From: Phoronis australis | Taxonomy: Eukaryota > Animalia > Phoronida | Reading direction: 5' to 3' | Length of the DNA: 53,996 nucleotides | Assembly: GCA_002633005.1 (NCBI GenBank) | Contig: NMRA01001108.1 | Span: 1-53,996 of the forward strand | Shown: positions 11,601 to 23,404 of the stretch, one piece after another | Layout: every line of letters begins with the position of its first letter | Numbering within the stretch: position 1 is the stretch's first letter | Made by a program: the position numbers and the translations under genes | The notes under the pieces: model-generated | The model's input: the letters and a program-made list of their open reading frames with translations, nothing else | Database searches by the model: none | Told to the model about the DNA's origin: nothing

Positions 11601-14541
11601 CTCAACATTTATGTTGAAAATTTTGGTTAAAGCATTTTGAATTTATTTGAAGAAAATTAAAATACTTGAATTGATAGAGAATGGCCACCAATAAAGTAAA
11701 ACATTGACTTTATTTCACTATATTGCATTTGTTACATACAACACAGCATGACATAATCAAAAATAAAAGAAGAGATTGAGCAATAAAATTCAAATGCAAC
11801 TTGGGTATTTATTTATTTATTTATGAATGCAGAAGCCTGTTAAAGATGAGAAAAAATCAAACAATACAATTATGGGTAATTTATTAGAACAATTGTATCG
11901 AGGTTCAATGATCAACTTCCGCCTACCAAGTCTCAAAGGCTTACAGTTCTGTTTTGGCTGACAAGGTGTTAACAGAGAATGAAGAGAAACTGAAAAGAAA
12001 AAGAAGGACAGCAGAGATAAGTGATGTTAAGAACAACAAGAGCAAAAAGTCAAATAAAGAGGTCACAAATACAAAATAAGTAAGGTCTGCCTGGAATAAA
12101 ACAATTGTGATTTATTTTCCAGAACTGAAATTCTAAATCAATTTTAATCGATTTAAAAATCGATATCATACCAGTAAAACAGTTTGTGGTTGAAGTAGAG
12201 TTGCTGTAAACCACTTTCCACTATTTTCTTGGCCTTTTTCTGTGTGGTTTTCTGTCCTTTCAAAAGGCGGCAGCACATGACGACCATAGGTGTCATTATA
12301 AAATGGCTGCCGAAAAGCAATGCACAGTTGAACAACTCGGCTTAAGTAAAAGAAAACGTTTGAATCAACGAATACTATATATTTGTGAGAGTTAAATCAA
12401 GTCCTATTCAGATCATAACTTTGAAGCGGAATAATTGGGTGAGTAAGACAACAAGCCGGTTTTATGCTTAGGCGGACGACTATAGGGTTTCGGAGTGTAA
12501 ACTTATTCCCTTAGATTACTGGGTATGTGTGTAACTCCTATGAAAACTGCTACGAGTATCAATGTCGTCCATTCACTTGGAAAAATTCCAACAACAAATA
12601 CATAATCAGTAATACAAATGGCTGTACTATGGAAGCAAGTTTTCTGATATGCAAAATTTATTAAATACACGACGCTTTTCGTTATTAAGTCTTTATTACG
12701 TTCCGTTCGTATCCTTGGGACAAAGTCCTACACCCAAGTGTGACATTCTCGGATTTTGTCATTGATGGCATTCAATTTCTATGATCTTGCCCCTTCATTC
12801 CTTCATTAAATCCCGTTCAGTGTTATTCCTATATCAAGCTCGCTGTCAATAACTTTGATATTGTCTGATATCACGTGACGGCTATTACGCTTTGCTGATA
12901 CCAATTTATAGGTCTCGTGTCTGCGTGCCCTAGGCAGAGTAGCGCGTTTATTGGAGTTGATAAGAACTATGGCGTTCCTTGGGTTTCATTTCTTGGTGAC
13001 TGTAACATTTGTGATAGGCCTACTGGTTTCTGCTGTTGGTAAGTACATGTATCGCAGAAGGTTACGTATAACTGAATGATTGTCTCAGGCTGGTACTTTA
13101 GGCTTTCAAAATCCATTACTAAAAGTAACGAGACTATACGAATTTCCATGTATTTCTGGAAGACTTGTTCGCGTCAAAGCGCATGTTATATAATTCATGC
13201 TTGTTTCGCACAAATGAAATCCTTAAATTAACAAATTTACCGTGATTTCATCATGGTTAAAATAAGAAATGTTTAATCATTATATGTTTTCTGACTTCTA
13301 CACAGCATAATCTTATAAAAACTACATTTCCCGATGTTTACGCAATTTTGAAATCAATAATTTCACTCGTCCAGCACATTGTGTCTGATAGTCGAGTTTG
13401 TAAATTTGAATCACTATCGTCTATTTCTCTTCACACTGACTTGATTTGAGAACTGTTTTCTGTGAGACGCACAGCTTGGTGACTGTAAATGGACGGAGGT
13501 AGCACCTTTAATGCGTAATTCATGCAGTGTTGGAATTTCTGCTTTCTGAAAATTCATGCTTCTGCTGAGTTAAATGCTAGTTTTGTAGGTATTCGTCTAA
13601 ATGTACGGACATGTGAATAACCTGGTTTTCAAATATTGGATGAATTACATTGTAAAGGCCGGCCGTGGACTAGGAACTTGTGTTATGATTGCAACCGGAT
13701 ACAATTCTCATTATTTTTCATTATTTATTCATCTAATACTTACAAAGAGGGTAACCACAACATTTATGCAAAATAAAAATTTAGGCTATGATAGCCGCGT
13801 GCTTTAAGCACATACGTGTACAATAAAAACACATCTGACCGATTTAACCGGTGTCTTATTCATACTGCATGAATACAGGACAGTATCGTAAACAAAAGTC
13901 ATCGACAGTACAAGGATGCGCTCCGAAAAGGCTCAACCACAATTTCTAGGATTCACATTTCCAGAACAAAAACTTTAAGCATCGATTTGTCTGACAACAG
14001 AACACATTTACATCGGTGATGTCAGTTTGTTTGCGTAAAGCGCTGCATATTGAGAATTCGATTAGCCAATCAGAAACGCCGGCGTACAAAAATTTCCCGA
14101 GGAAAATTTAAGTGATACCTGCGTTCTGGCTCTGACCTTCTAGCGGCACGCAGGGAACCAGCGAGGACATGTATGAGTCATCTGTCACTCACGCCAATGT
14201 ATCGCGTACTGGCCAGCAGTGGGAACTTAGAGGTGCACACCTTCCAAGTCGCACATCTAAAGAGAACGGCGGCAGTTATAACTAAAATATTGCACCGGCT
14301 TGGGTGTTGCTTATACTCGAATGCATGTTAATATTAGATAGCGATTATTCAACTTAAGCCTAATTGTGACACATTCTTTGAAATCAACATCTCGAAAGAG
14401 TGTACTGGCAAACCCCGCATGTGAACATCGGGCAGTACGGCTTTGGGTACACTTTGGAGGCACGCACTGAAAAAAATTGTGCAGTCAGCATGTCGATGGG
14501 GTTTGCTATGACGGGGACGGCGTATTTCCCCGACATCAAAG

Positions 14542-14548
14542 TATAAAA
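14542..14548 (+). promoter_or_regulatory. Candidate TATA box for the kringle gene
   Basis: TATAAAA lies about 28 nt upstream of a pyrimidine-A initiator-like TTCATAT and 50 nt upstream of ATG 14592. Confidence 0.3.
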
Positions 14549-14591
14549 TGCCTTGTGCAATTGTTGTTTCATATCGAACGATAGTTTAAAT

Positions 14592-14621
14592 ATGACAACC
14601 CGTATTCGGAACGCTAACCTT
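14592..14621 (+). CDS. Candidate first coding exon (MTTRIRNANL) of the kringle-PAN gene
   Basis: ATG followed by 10 codons, a GTCAGT donor (phase 0) and a 61-nt intron ending TTTCCTACAG. Confidence 0.3.
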
Positions 14622-14682
14622 GTCAGTCCTTTTTATTCAATGATATTTTGTTCCCACCACAATCGTTTAGACTTTCCTACAG

Positions 14683-14722
14683 GCCTCAGTAATCGTCCTG
14701 CAGCTTGGTGCGTCGGCTACTG
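14683..14722 (+). CDS. Candidate signal-peptide exon (ASVIVLQLGASAT)
   Basis: Good acceptor, hydrophobic stretch and an A-S-A cleavage-like motif. Phase-1 donors after 14707 (GTGCGT) or 14722 (GTACAC) would both splice in frame to kringle exon 18049. Confidence 0.33.
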
Positions 14723-16301
14723 GTACACCTTGAGTAAATTGTCTTTGTCTTCAAATCAAGAATAATAGTGATAAAAATGACGAATTTTGTCGTTTTAAGG
14801 CTGCGACATAATCGTTGTGTTTGTTTTGTATGTAGTTTTTTGTTTGGTATTTTGCCCGTACCTCAATCGCTTACACCTTCCTGACGGCCTGTTGTTTGTG
14901 TCGACCTCAGATATTTAAAATGCAAATTGATCAGTTGACCTATAGTGTTGCATTAGAATCTAATCCAATGCATACTATTCGGCTAGCAAGTTAAACACGG
15001 GTGACTTCCGACACAATTTCAACTTAAAAAATTTGAATGTGCCTATGCCGCACCGCGTGCTCATAAAATCGTATGTTTCTGCCTAGAATCCATGGTGAAA
15101 CCAAAAAGGAAACATTGTGGAAATATCTAAACGTAATTGGAATTTCACGGAAAAATTTTGCTACATAATTACATAATTCCCCAATTTTCGACATCAAGAC
15201 AAAACGTCGGATTAATTTGAATTCTGCCGTATTAGCAATTTCGTTGATTGATTATACATTTTATCCACCAACAACAAACATCGCCTCCGAGACGGTCCGT
15301 AGCGTGTTTGCGTGACAATTGCTCGGTATCCCCCCCTTCTGTTTCACTTTACTCGGATTCCTCTGGTTCGAACATATACGACGATAATCTATCCAAACGT
15401 TGTTTCGCTTTACATTTTATTGAACTCTTGCGCTGTAACGTCCGTCCACCGCGACGATAAGGTATTATGCTTTTCTGACCCAAGTGCGAAAAGTGTCGGG
15501 TCATTCTTTTTTATCATGCTGGGCGTGAGCGTTTCGCTTCGTAAGATGGGTAACGCCGACTGACTCCCTGATATAATCCCGTAGTTATCACGAAGTGACT
15601 ATAAACAGATTAGTTCTTTGGTACACGCATTCCGCCAGGTTGTCGCCATGGGACCGACGAATGTCCATTCATTGCCAACTGGTCCCCCAATGCACACAGG
15701 GACCCCGTACAATGTACTTTAATTGCTTCGTTAAACCCCGACATCTTTGTGAATAAGCGTTTGATGTTAGACTCAGAAAGTGGTCCTCACGGAGAACGCG
15801 CTACTGACTTCGGTGACGCTAGACAATCGAGTCATAGTAACTTGTAGGATATTACATGCACGTGAAAGCGCCGAGATAAGTGTCTTAGAGTATTTGAACT
15901 TTGTTGTGTCTAACAGATGTAATTTTGAAAATCTGTGATTTGAAATATGCACCAGTCACCGTAATGTAAGTTTCCTGTGGCAACGGACGGTACGGTACGT
16001 CTTGGGTCACAACGATGATGCCATTTGCGTCGGTTAGAACGAGCGCCACCTAATTTTTTTTCGGCACTAAATGGTGTTCTTGATGGGGTCGTATGATAGT
16101 AATTGGTGTAATTATCTAATGTCAGGAGTAAAGGAAGGGATGATATGTTTGTGTCGATCAATGGTACATATATTTAACATGATTAAAATTCAGTTGGCCG
16201 TTATACAGGGTCCTTAAGTGTGTGTGTAGATTGATGAATTTTAAATCGGCGTCAGTGGAACAGTATATTGCAAACATGCATTTTTGAAATGTGCAGTCCC
16301 A

Positions 16302-16850
16302 GGTGGCGTGCTGACCAGCCTTAGAAGTGTTTGCCATCCACATTTCTGCTTCCGTTTCAGTTTTATGTATGCATATACACTCAGAAGATGCCCACCAATG
16401 AGTATGATAGATTTCATCCATTCGGCCGGCGGTCCCGATGGCTCACTGCATTAGAGCGCCTGCACGGTTAGGAGAAGGTCCCGCGTACGAGTCCCAGTTG
16501 GGGCAGACAACCTTCCAAACTCATATTCATTAGTTTACAAGTATGTGATGTGGACAAAGGTGGCGTGCTGGAATGACTTAGAAATGTTTGGGATACACAT
16601 TTGCACGCCGATTGAGATTTTTAAAGTACCTTTATATACACTCAAGGGTCAAAGGTCGAGATACCCATTACTATAAGTTTGGTTGGATTTCTGCATTCCA
16701 CCTCTGGTTCTAGGGCGTCTGCGCTTAGCATAAATTCCAGGGTTCGAGTGTCTGTTGGGGCAGAAGTCTTATAAGACTTATATTCATTAGGTCACGGGAT
16801 GTGGTCAGAGGTGGCGTGCTGACCAGGCTTGGAACTGTTCGCAATAAATA
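16302..16850 (+). repeat. Tandem array of about 255-bp units, each containing a tRNA-like module (about 2.2 copies)
   Basis: GGTGGCGTGCTG recurs at 16302, 16559 and 16810. ATATACACTCA, TTGGGGCAGA and ATATTCATTAG recur in register. B box GGGTTCGAGT near 16740. Confidence 0.85.
16432..16505 (+). pseudogene. Degenerate tRNA-like sequence (Thr-like) within a repeat unit
   Basis: Acceptor stem GTCCCGA/TTGGGGC and D stem GCTC/GAGC pair. The anticodon arm CCTGC-ACGGTTA-GGAGA is mismatched and the T loop TACGAGT is mutated. Confidence 0.6.
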
Positions 16851-18048
16851 TTCAAAACTGAACAATACCCTCATTAAGTTGCACCAAACACATTTTTTCT
16901 ACACATGGTTCAAGAAATACCAGAACAAGATTAACCTATGCAAGGAGTTTTTATTTGAATAAAAATATAGATAGACTTCAAAGATAAACCCCAGCGAGCC
17001 CATTACCAGAAAAACGCAAAGGCAACTCTAGCATCTACAATATGGGGTTTTGAGCGATGCTTTTCACTAGAAAATCGGTTAAGAGGGCAAAAACCTGAAA
17101 ACGTTAGAAGACAAATCACTTAACTCGATCGATAATATGACTGAATTAAATGTCTTCCAAACAATGTTTCTGGATATTACTCCAGCTTACTCACAAGTAC
17201 TAGCGTAATAAAGACAAGGTTAATATTTCCACTATGATACATTACTCAGCTTTGCTTCAGATCCGCGATTTTTCCAAAACGCTAACGTCTCAGCTGTCTG
17301 ACCTGAATAAGCTCAGCAGACGACCGAGGCAAAGGACAGTAAAAGCATAAGCTTTTTCATAGACCCCCATTTGAAGTCATTCTGGCCATTTCTTAGTAGT
17401 ATTATCTATGGCCCATTTCTGATAGTAGGTTACACATCTTAAGGACCCAAATTAATAACGCGATCTCATTAAACTTGCACTTATAACAAGTTCTGGCAAT
17501 ATTTTCACCAACAGGTATCCTAGCCTCTAGAATTTTCGGGAGCTCGTTATACTAGATGCCGCAGTTTCTTGTTGTTCTTAAAACATTCAGTAACACAAGA
17601 GGTAAATTCGCCGGCACTTCCCATCACTACGCTTACGAGCCACCATTAATATCCGGGAGATTGCAAAATGGTTACTCGGGTTTTCCCAAGATGCACCATC
17701 GTGATTGTTTTTTTTGTATAATGTTTTATCCAACTTAATTTGTTTGTATTCTTCTACACGCTTTGCCCAGTCGACAAGACGGCCTTGTGCAGTTGTTCCT
17801 GAACTCCCAATCTCACTTACGACTTCTGAGTTAATCTAAAAGAGTGGAGCATCACTCGACTCCAGAACATGACAAAGTGCGCATTTGATATGAACTTTAC
17901 GCCCACGGATTTCATACGGATAGCACTGTAGCTACCTAAGGCTTCTTTTCGCCGTGTTTTGATACCCTATCAAATGATGAACTCACTCGAAAGTACGTCG
18001 TTAAGTGCTTAATTTCATTAAAACTAATATCAAATATTGCAATTACAG

Positions 18049-18285
18049 ACGGCCGTGATTGTAAGTTTCTTACATCCGGTAAATATTACGACGGAATGAA
18101 GTCAGTCACAGTGTCGGGAAAGACGTGTCAGAGATGGGATGCACAGACTCCTCATACTCATTTTAGGAGTAATATGGTCTCGCACGAAAACTACTGCAGG
18201 AATCCAGACAACTCGCCGAGGCCGTGGTGCTATACAACAGACCCGTCATTGAGGTGGGAATATTGTCCAGTACCATTTTGTTCAG
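18049..18285 (+). CDS. Kringle domain exon 1
   Basis: DCKFLTSGKYYDGMKSVTVSGKTCQRWDAQTPHTH...ENYCRNPDNSPRPWCYTTDPSLRWEYCPVPFCS has all six kringle Cys and the NYCRNPD motif. Acceptor TTACAG, phase 1 at both ends, donor CAG|GCGAGT (GC). Confidence 0.93.
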
Positions 18286-18509
18286 GCGAGTATATGATAA
18301 AAAGTAGAAAGAAGCACAATGCTTGCCCAACTTAAAAGAATAATCCTTGGTGGTGTGGAACTAGCAACTCCAGATGTGTCAAATTTTGAATTTAAAATTA
18401 CATGTAAACGAGAAAAGGCAGATCACAGGGTATTTCTTTGGAGTTACATGTAGCAATCCTTATTGCAAATAAGTTGAAAGTTCACCTGACTGCCTTGCGT
18501 AGCGACTTA

Positions 18510-18740
18510 AACTAGTGCTCGGGCTTGAAACTGAATCTAGAAAAAGAAATGTGTGTGGATTGGAATCATGATGGAGTGACATGCGCTTGTGTCTAGGGAA
18601 GAACAAAAAATGAAAAAAAAGTTTTTTACAACACAATTTTAGACCTCTTTCATGTGATCTTGCAAAATTATGAAGAATAACGTAAGGAAGTTCAAAATAT
18701 GAATTTTAAGAATAACAGAATTCTAAGTCCTCTAAGCAAA
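18510..18740 (+). mobile_element. Small L1/Tx1-like ORF2 fragment
   Basis: CSGLKLNLEK..CVWIGIM resembles FSGLRPNVEKTHCIWIGRM of the element near 24960. Confidence 0.5.
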
Positions 18741-19970
18741 ATGACTGCCACCAAATCATCACCACCCGAGGAAGCTATTCACATTGTTGAAAACTCTCTT
18801 ACAATTTTCTATGGGGTGCTAAAGTGACAGAATAAAGAGGACTCTCCCATGCTAAGACCCCTGTCTCGAGGTTTGTAAAACAACTCATATTGAATCGTTC
18901 ATTAAATTACGGAAATCCTCATGGTTTTGTGGGAATGTTTTGTCAACTGATTACGACCTTTGACAAATCGTCGTACCACTGAACATTCCTTTTAAATACT
19001 CACGACAGTCGTTTTCGTTTTGGTAACATGCGTAGCTCCTTGCAACTCGCAAGATGTCTACAAGTAAATCCTTTGCATTTGGTAACATTTATGGTAGATC
19101 TAGTCTAAACGTACAAGTAATCTTTTCTGATAGAAATATTCAGTAAATTTCTCGGAATAACATTTAAACCACTATGGTTCAATTCATCTTTGGAGGCATA
19201 AAAATTATAATTTGAATGTTTATGACTTTTTAAGCTCGTAGGAAAACGTGATGGCTGATGAGCAAATTTGTAGAACTTTTGTCCGCTTTTCACAGAATTT
19301 TAAGGCTTGAGAAAAACATTATATGAAACTTTCAAAGTAAGAAAAATAAATGTGAGGTTACTTTGCAAAACACCCTGTAATTACTTTCCCTTATTTTGCT
19401 TTGGCAGAGGCCAGAAAAATTGTTTATAAGCCTTTGGTTAACGAATTGTACAAAAACTAAAATGTGAAGCAAAATTGGAGATAGTTTTAAAAACTTTTTG
19501 AACTGAAGAATTGGTGGGAGAAAGCCCCCAGCTATGTTGCTAAAGTTATAAATGATTTATCATTAAAGAAAGTGGTTTCAAATTCGTTTGACAGATATAA
19601 TCCTCATCAAGAACACTTTTCTCAGAGAAAATTGTTCATCTGTGTTTCTCTTGTAGATCTAAATGTGTGGTCTTTTTGGTGCATCTTACAGTACTCCATT
19701 TCATGAATCAAAAAGTTAATTTGTCTTTAACTGTTGGCACTGAAGACTTAATCTTCGGTATATTTTCATGACCAAAATTTTTAAATTTAATACCCTTAGG
19801 TAAGTAGACACGTATGAGGCCTGAGATTTGTCAAATGCTGGCCACATGTCAACTTACTAAAACAGAAATTATTGAATATATTCCAACAAATGCCTATTGC
19901 GAGTTTCGAAAAGTTGATTGACCTCTATTATCCTTCTGTTCCCGGAACATTGAAAACAATTGATAGTGGT

Positions 19971-20117
19971 ATACACAAAACGTACCGAGAGTGGCGTAGA
20001 TAAAGTAAGATCCCACGAGATATTATTCCGCGTGTTGGTCGAGACTGAAGGTCGATACGCGGAATAATGTCGAGTGGGATATTACTTCATCTACACCAAT
20101 AGAAGAAGGTTTTGTAT
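19971..20117. repeat. Long imperfect palindrome (hairpin)
   Basis: GTAGATAAAGTAAGATCCCACGAGATATTATTCCGCGTG pairs with TACGCGGAATAATGTCGAGTGGGATATTACTTCATCTAC around a short loop. Confidence 0.85.
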
Positions 20118-21713
20118 TCATCCCATACGTTTCGAATTCCTTAGTTTCTTTCATTTTCGGCAGATTTTTTAAATACTTCACTCAGACTGTTCACGTGGCG
20201 GATCACATCCTACAGTATATGTATGTACTTGAGCGTAAGGTTGCAAGTTTTCTCTAGTAAAAGAAACAGTTTTAAATGTAACGTTGTATTACTTGAAAAG
20301 CAATAACAAAGATGAAAACAACGGTAACTGTGCATTGAATTTGTAACATCTCCTGAAAATATTTAAATAACAGCAATTGTTTACATTGTAGTTACCAAAG
20401 AATAGGCGCCTGAGTTGCTGACGATATAATACAGTGTATTTAGCAAGTGAAAACTGAAACAGAACTGCCACATAATTCAAAGAAAGGTTACTTCAAACTG
20501 TTTCATACAAAAAAAACGAGAGCAACTTGAAGCGTCGAAAGGCGCCCACGACTGTTGCTTTTTAGTATCATAACAATGGCCTTTAGGTGGCTTACAGTAC
20601 TGCAAACCCGTCCGAAATAGGAAAAACATCCTAGTCTCTTTAATACATAACAATTATTCAAATTCCATGAAATTCGTCCAGGAACTCCAAAGATATACCA
20701 CATGTGTAAAAACTGCCATTAGGAAATTCCAGCGGTATATGAACCCCTCCATCTGTTGGCAAGTTATTAGGAATAGTCAAAATGTGATCTTGCTGGATGT
20801 GCGAATAATGTCACTAGTGGCACCGCAGTAGTTGGGTCCATCTGGAAATCCACACTAGTCGTGCTCATGCCAGTAGGAAAACAACTGCCAATTTTCATCA
20901 AGATAATCTTAGCGGGTTGGCAGTCGGCAAAATAGATTCAAAATAATTAACATGGCCAATACAGTAGGTGGCGCAGAATACGTCAAAGCGGTCGCAAATT
21001 GGAAAATTACTACCATCTTCATAGTAGAAAATTGTTTGCCAAATTTCAAGAAAACACGTCGATGTAGTGGCATAAGAAAAAAAATAAAATTGCTGATGGG
21101 GGTATAGTGGTAGTCAGAGCCGTCCAAAATGGCTTTGAGGTCATAATTAGCTCACGGCCCCACTTCCGGAGACATAAGTACTGTACATGAAGGCTTACCA
21201 CTTTCTCACGGTTTCTAGAGTTTCCGTAATGGGTAGTTTCAGCGAGGCTATATGAGAAACAATCTTTTCTGGCTTACAAACCAAAACGTGTTTCGCATAC
21301 CTTCAGCACAAGATTTCGTAACACGCATTAGCAGTCATTCAATGCCTACGACAAAGCTGCTGGTGCTACAGATCCCGACTTGAACGTTTTCAATCGGGGT
21401 TAAACTCAAGCGTAATCACAGCAGTCGGACAACAATAATCATCTTGTGTGGTTCAATCACATAAGGTTTTTGTTATTTTAATTTTTTAATTAATCAATGT
21501 TTTAACTAGAATCTAGGGTTGTAAACAACTAATTGACACTTTGTGAACTGTGACCACGGAACAGTTAAATTTATATGTGATTTCTGCGTGCCTGAGCTCA
21601 AGCTGAATTGGCAAAATAGTCAAGCGTGCGACTTTAGTCTGTTACGATCGAAAATATCGTAAAATTCGATCATGAAATGCAACTCAAACGAGATCACAAA
21701 CCAGGAATTATCT

Positions 21714-22066
21714 CAAGGGAGCAATCTCTATACACGAAATTGAACTCGAAATTATTTTTGCATTTTCTATTATACTTTTGTGCGAAGTCGAGAAAAGTGG
21801 CTATTGCTCTGTGCTCGAGTACATTATGAATTATGCATACTAGTTGTTTCTAGTCCAAGTTTGTACAGTATTTGATGTTTCCTAAATTTGATCTACAAAT
21901 TTGAGTAAAAACTCAAACATGAACTTTTTAAAGGGCTTAGTGCTGGGTTCATCAAGCGTAAAGTTAACGTAATCACGTAAGCCATAATGTACTCAAGTAC
22001 TAAATAATACGCGCCTACCTTGAGTGCACACAAAGGTTGAATGTAAAATGCCAAAAACAATTTCTA
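21714..22066. mobile_element. Second copy of the 3084-3483 MITE family, left part (split by L1)
   Basis: CAATCTCTATACACGAAATTGAACTCGAAATTATTTTTGCATTTTCT...TGCTCGAGTACA aligns with the 3084 element. Similarity stops abruptly at 22066. Confidence 0.75.
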
Positions 22067-22140
22067 GGTTGTCAAGGTCACGGTCAAACAGGCATAGACG
22101 GCTAAAATCTCTCCGCAAAAGCCGAGCCGTTTTGAATGTT

Positions 22141-22849
22141 ATGCCACCAAAACCATATTTCCGTACACGCTAAGAAAGGACTCTGTAAGTACTACTGACG
22201 AGATGTCTGGAGAAATTAAGGAAATAATTTTGCGAGTTCACGCTAGTTTGGGTGCGAAAATTGACGGTGTCCTAGAGAAGATTGGCAACATTCAAACGCA
22301 AATGACTGGGTTGAACACTAAAGTGGACAATGCACAACAGTAAATTGACAGTCTCAGTGAACAAGTCAAAATGCTGAAAAAGCGTGCCCTTGAAGAAGAG
22401 ACAAGGAACAGGAGACACAACTTGCTAATCTATGGCTTGAATGACTCTGACGGGATTAACGAAGAATACAGTTGAAGGTGAGAGATTTGATCGGCTCTCT
22501 CGGCATAGCCCCAGACTTTGCGCGTACATTTCCTATCGTAAACGTTCATCGAATTCCCCGAAAAGTTAAACACGACGAGTCACGCGATCCAGTGGTGGTC
22601 AAATTTATGTCAATTTTTGACAGGGATCGAGTATGGAGAGCAAGTTGGAACAGACAGGTAAGGGATGGTATAATTTTCCGCACAGATTTGCCAGTAGTTT
22701 TGAAACAGAAATAAGGAAAGCTAGCTGCGAGAGCCTACACCATCATTCGGAAAGACAAGGGATGGCACACGAGAATCCCAGAGTCAAAGTCTGACGTCTG
22801 GCTTGAAGTTCGCGAAAATAAGGAGGCCCAATGGAACAAACTTGAGTGA
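22141..22849 (+). pseudogene. L1-type ORF1 (coiled coil plus RRM)
   Basis: Heptad region KIDGVLEKIGNIQTQMTGLNTKV, then EEETRNRRHNLLIYGL, VHRIP, PVVVKF and DLP. Contains stops and frameshifts. Confidence 0.85.
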
Positions 22850-23404
22850 TGGAATCTGGATAAGTGGATCTCGAACAGTGTTTAAAATGACTGTTTTCAG
22901 CGTCGTTTTTGTTCTATTTTTATATTATTACACAGTTCAAGTTAACTCATGTGTAGTGTATATGGGTTTCTCTCGGTCCCCGGTATTATCATTGTTTCAT
23001 TTATTGTTTTTCGCGGGTCTTGGGCCGAGTCTCCGGATTTATACATATATGTATGTGATGTAGGCCTATTATTTTTCATGCGATACTTGGTGTAACTCCC
23101 AGGTCAAGGTGTTTTCCTGCGTGCCTTGTTTATTGAGCTTATACACAACGTAAATGTAACAATTCGAATGCTTTGCATTTGCATATCGATAGGCCTGTTG
23201 TTTTCATTCTCTTTTCACTAAGCCGTGTTCTATTACTGTTGCTATAGGTACATGATTACAGGCTCTGCTTGCCGCGGGCTGATTTGTCTTGACTTCATTT
23301 GCATATGAAGAACATTGCTGTATGTACATGTATAGTTTCTTGTGTGAGTGTGTGCGTGATTGTTTCAGGGGGAGCTATTCAGATTTTCTATATGTATATT
23401 GATC

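Noticed and set aside
11880-12080. Lys/Glu-rich stretch (VLTENEEKLKRKRR...) as an exon
   Set aside because: It could be a transposase C-terminus or simple A-richness. I could not find convincing splice sites or a family motif.
15620-15680. Penelope RT motif (FRQVV..MG..CPFIAN)
   Set aside because: Only about 20 codons with a frameshift; too short to support as a feature.
16432-16505. Functional tRNA gene
   Set aside because: The anticodon and T stems are mismatched, the T loop lacks TTC, there is no oligo-T terminator, and it is embedded in a tandem repeat.
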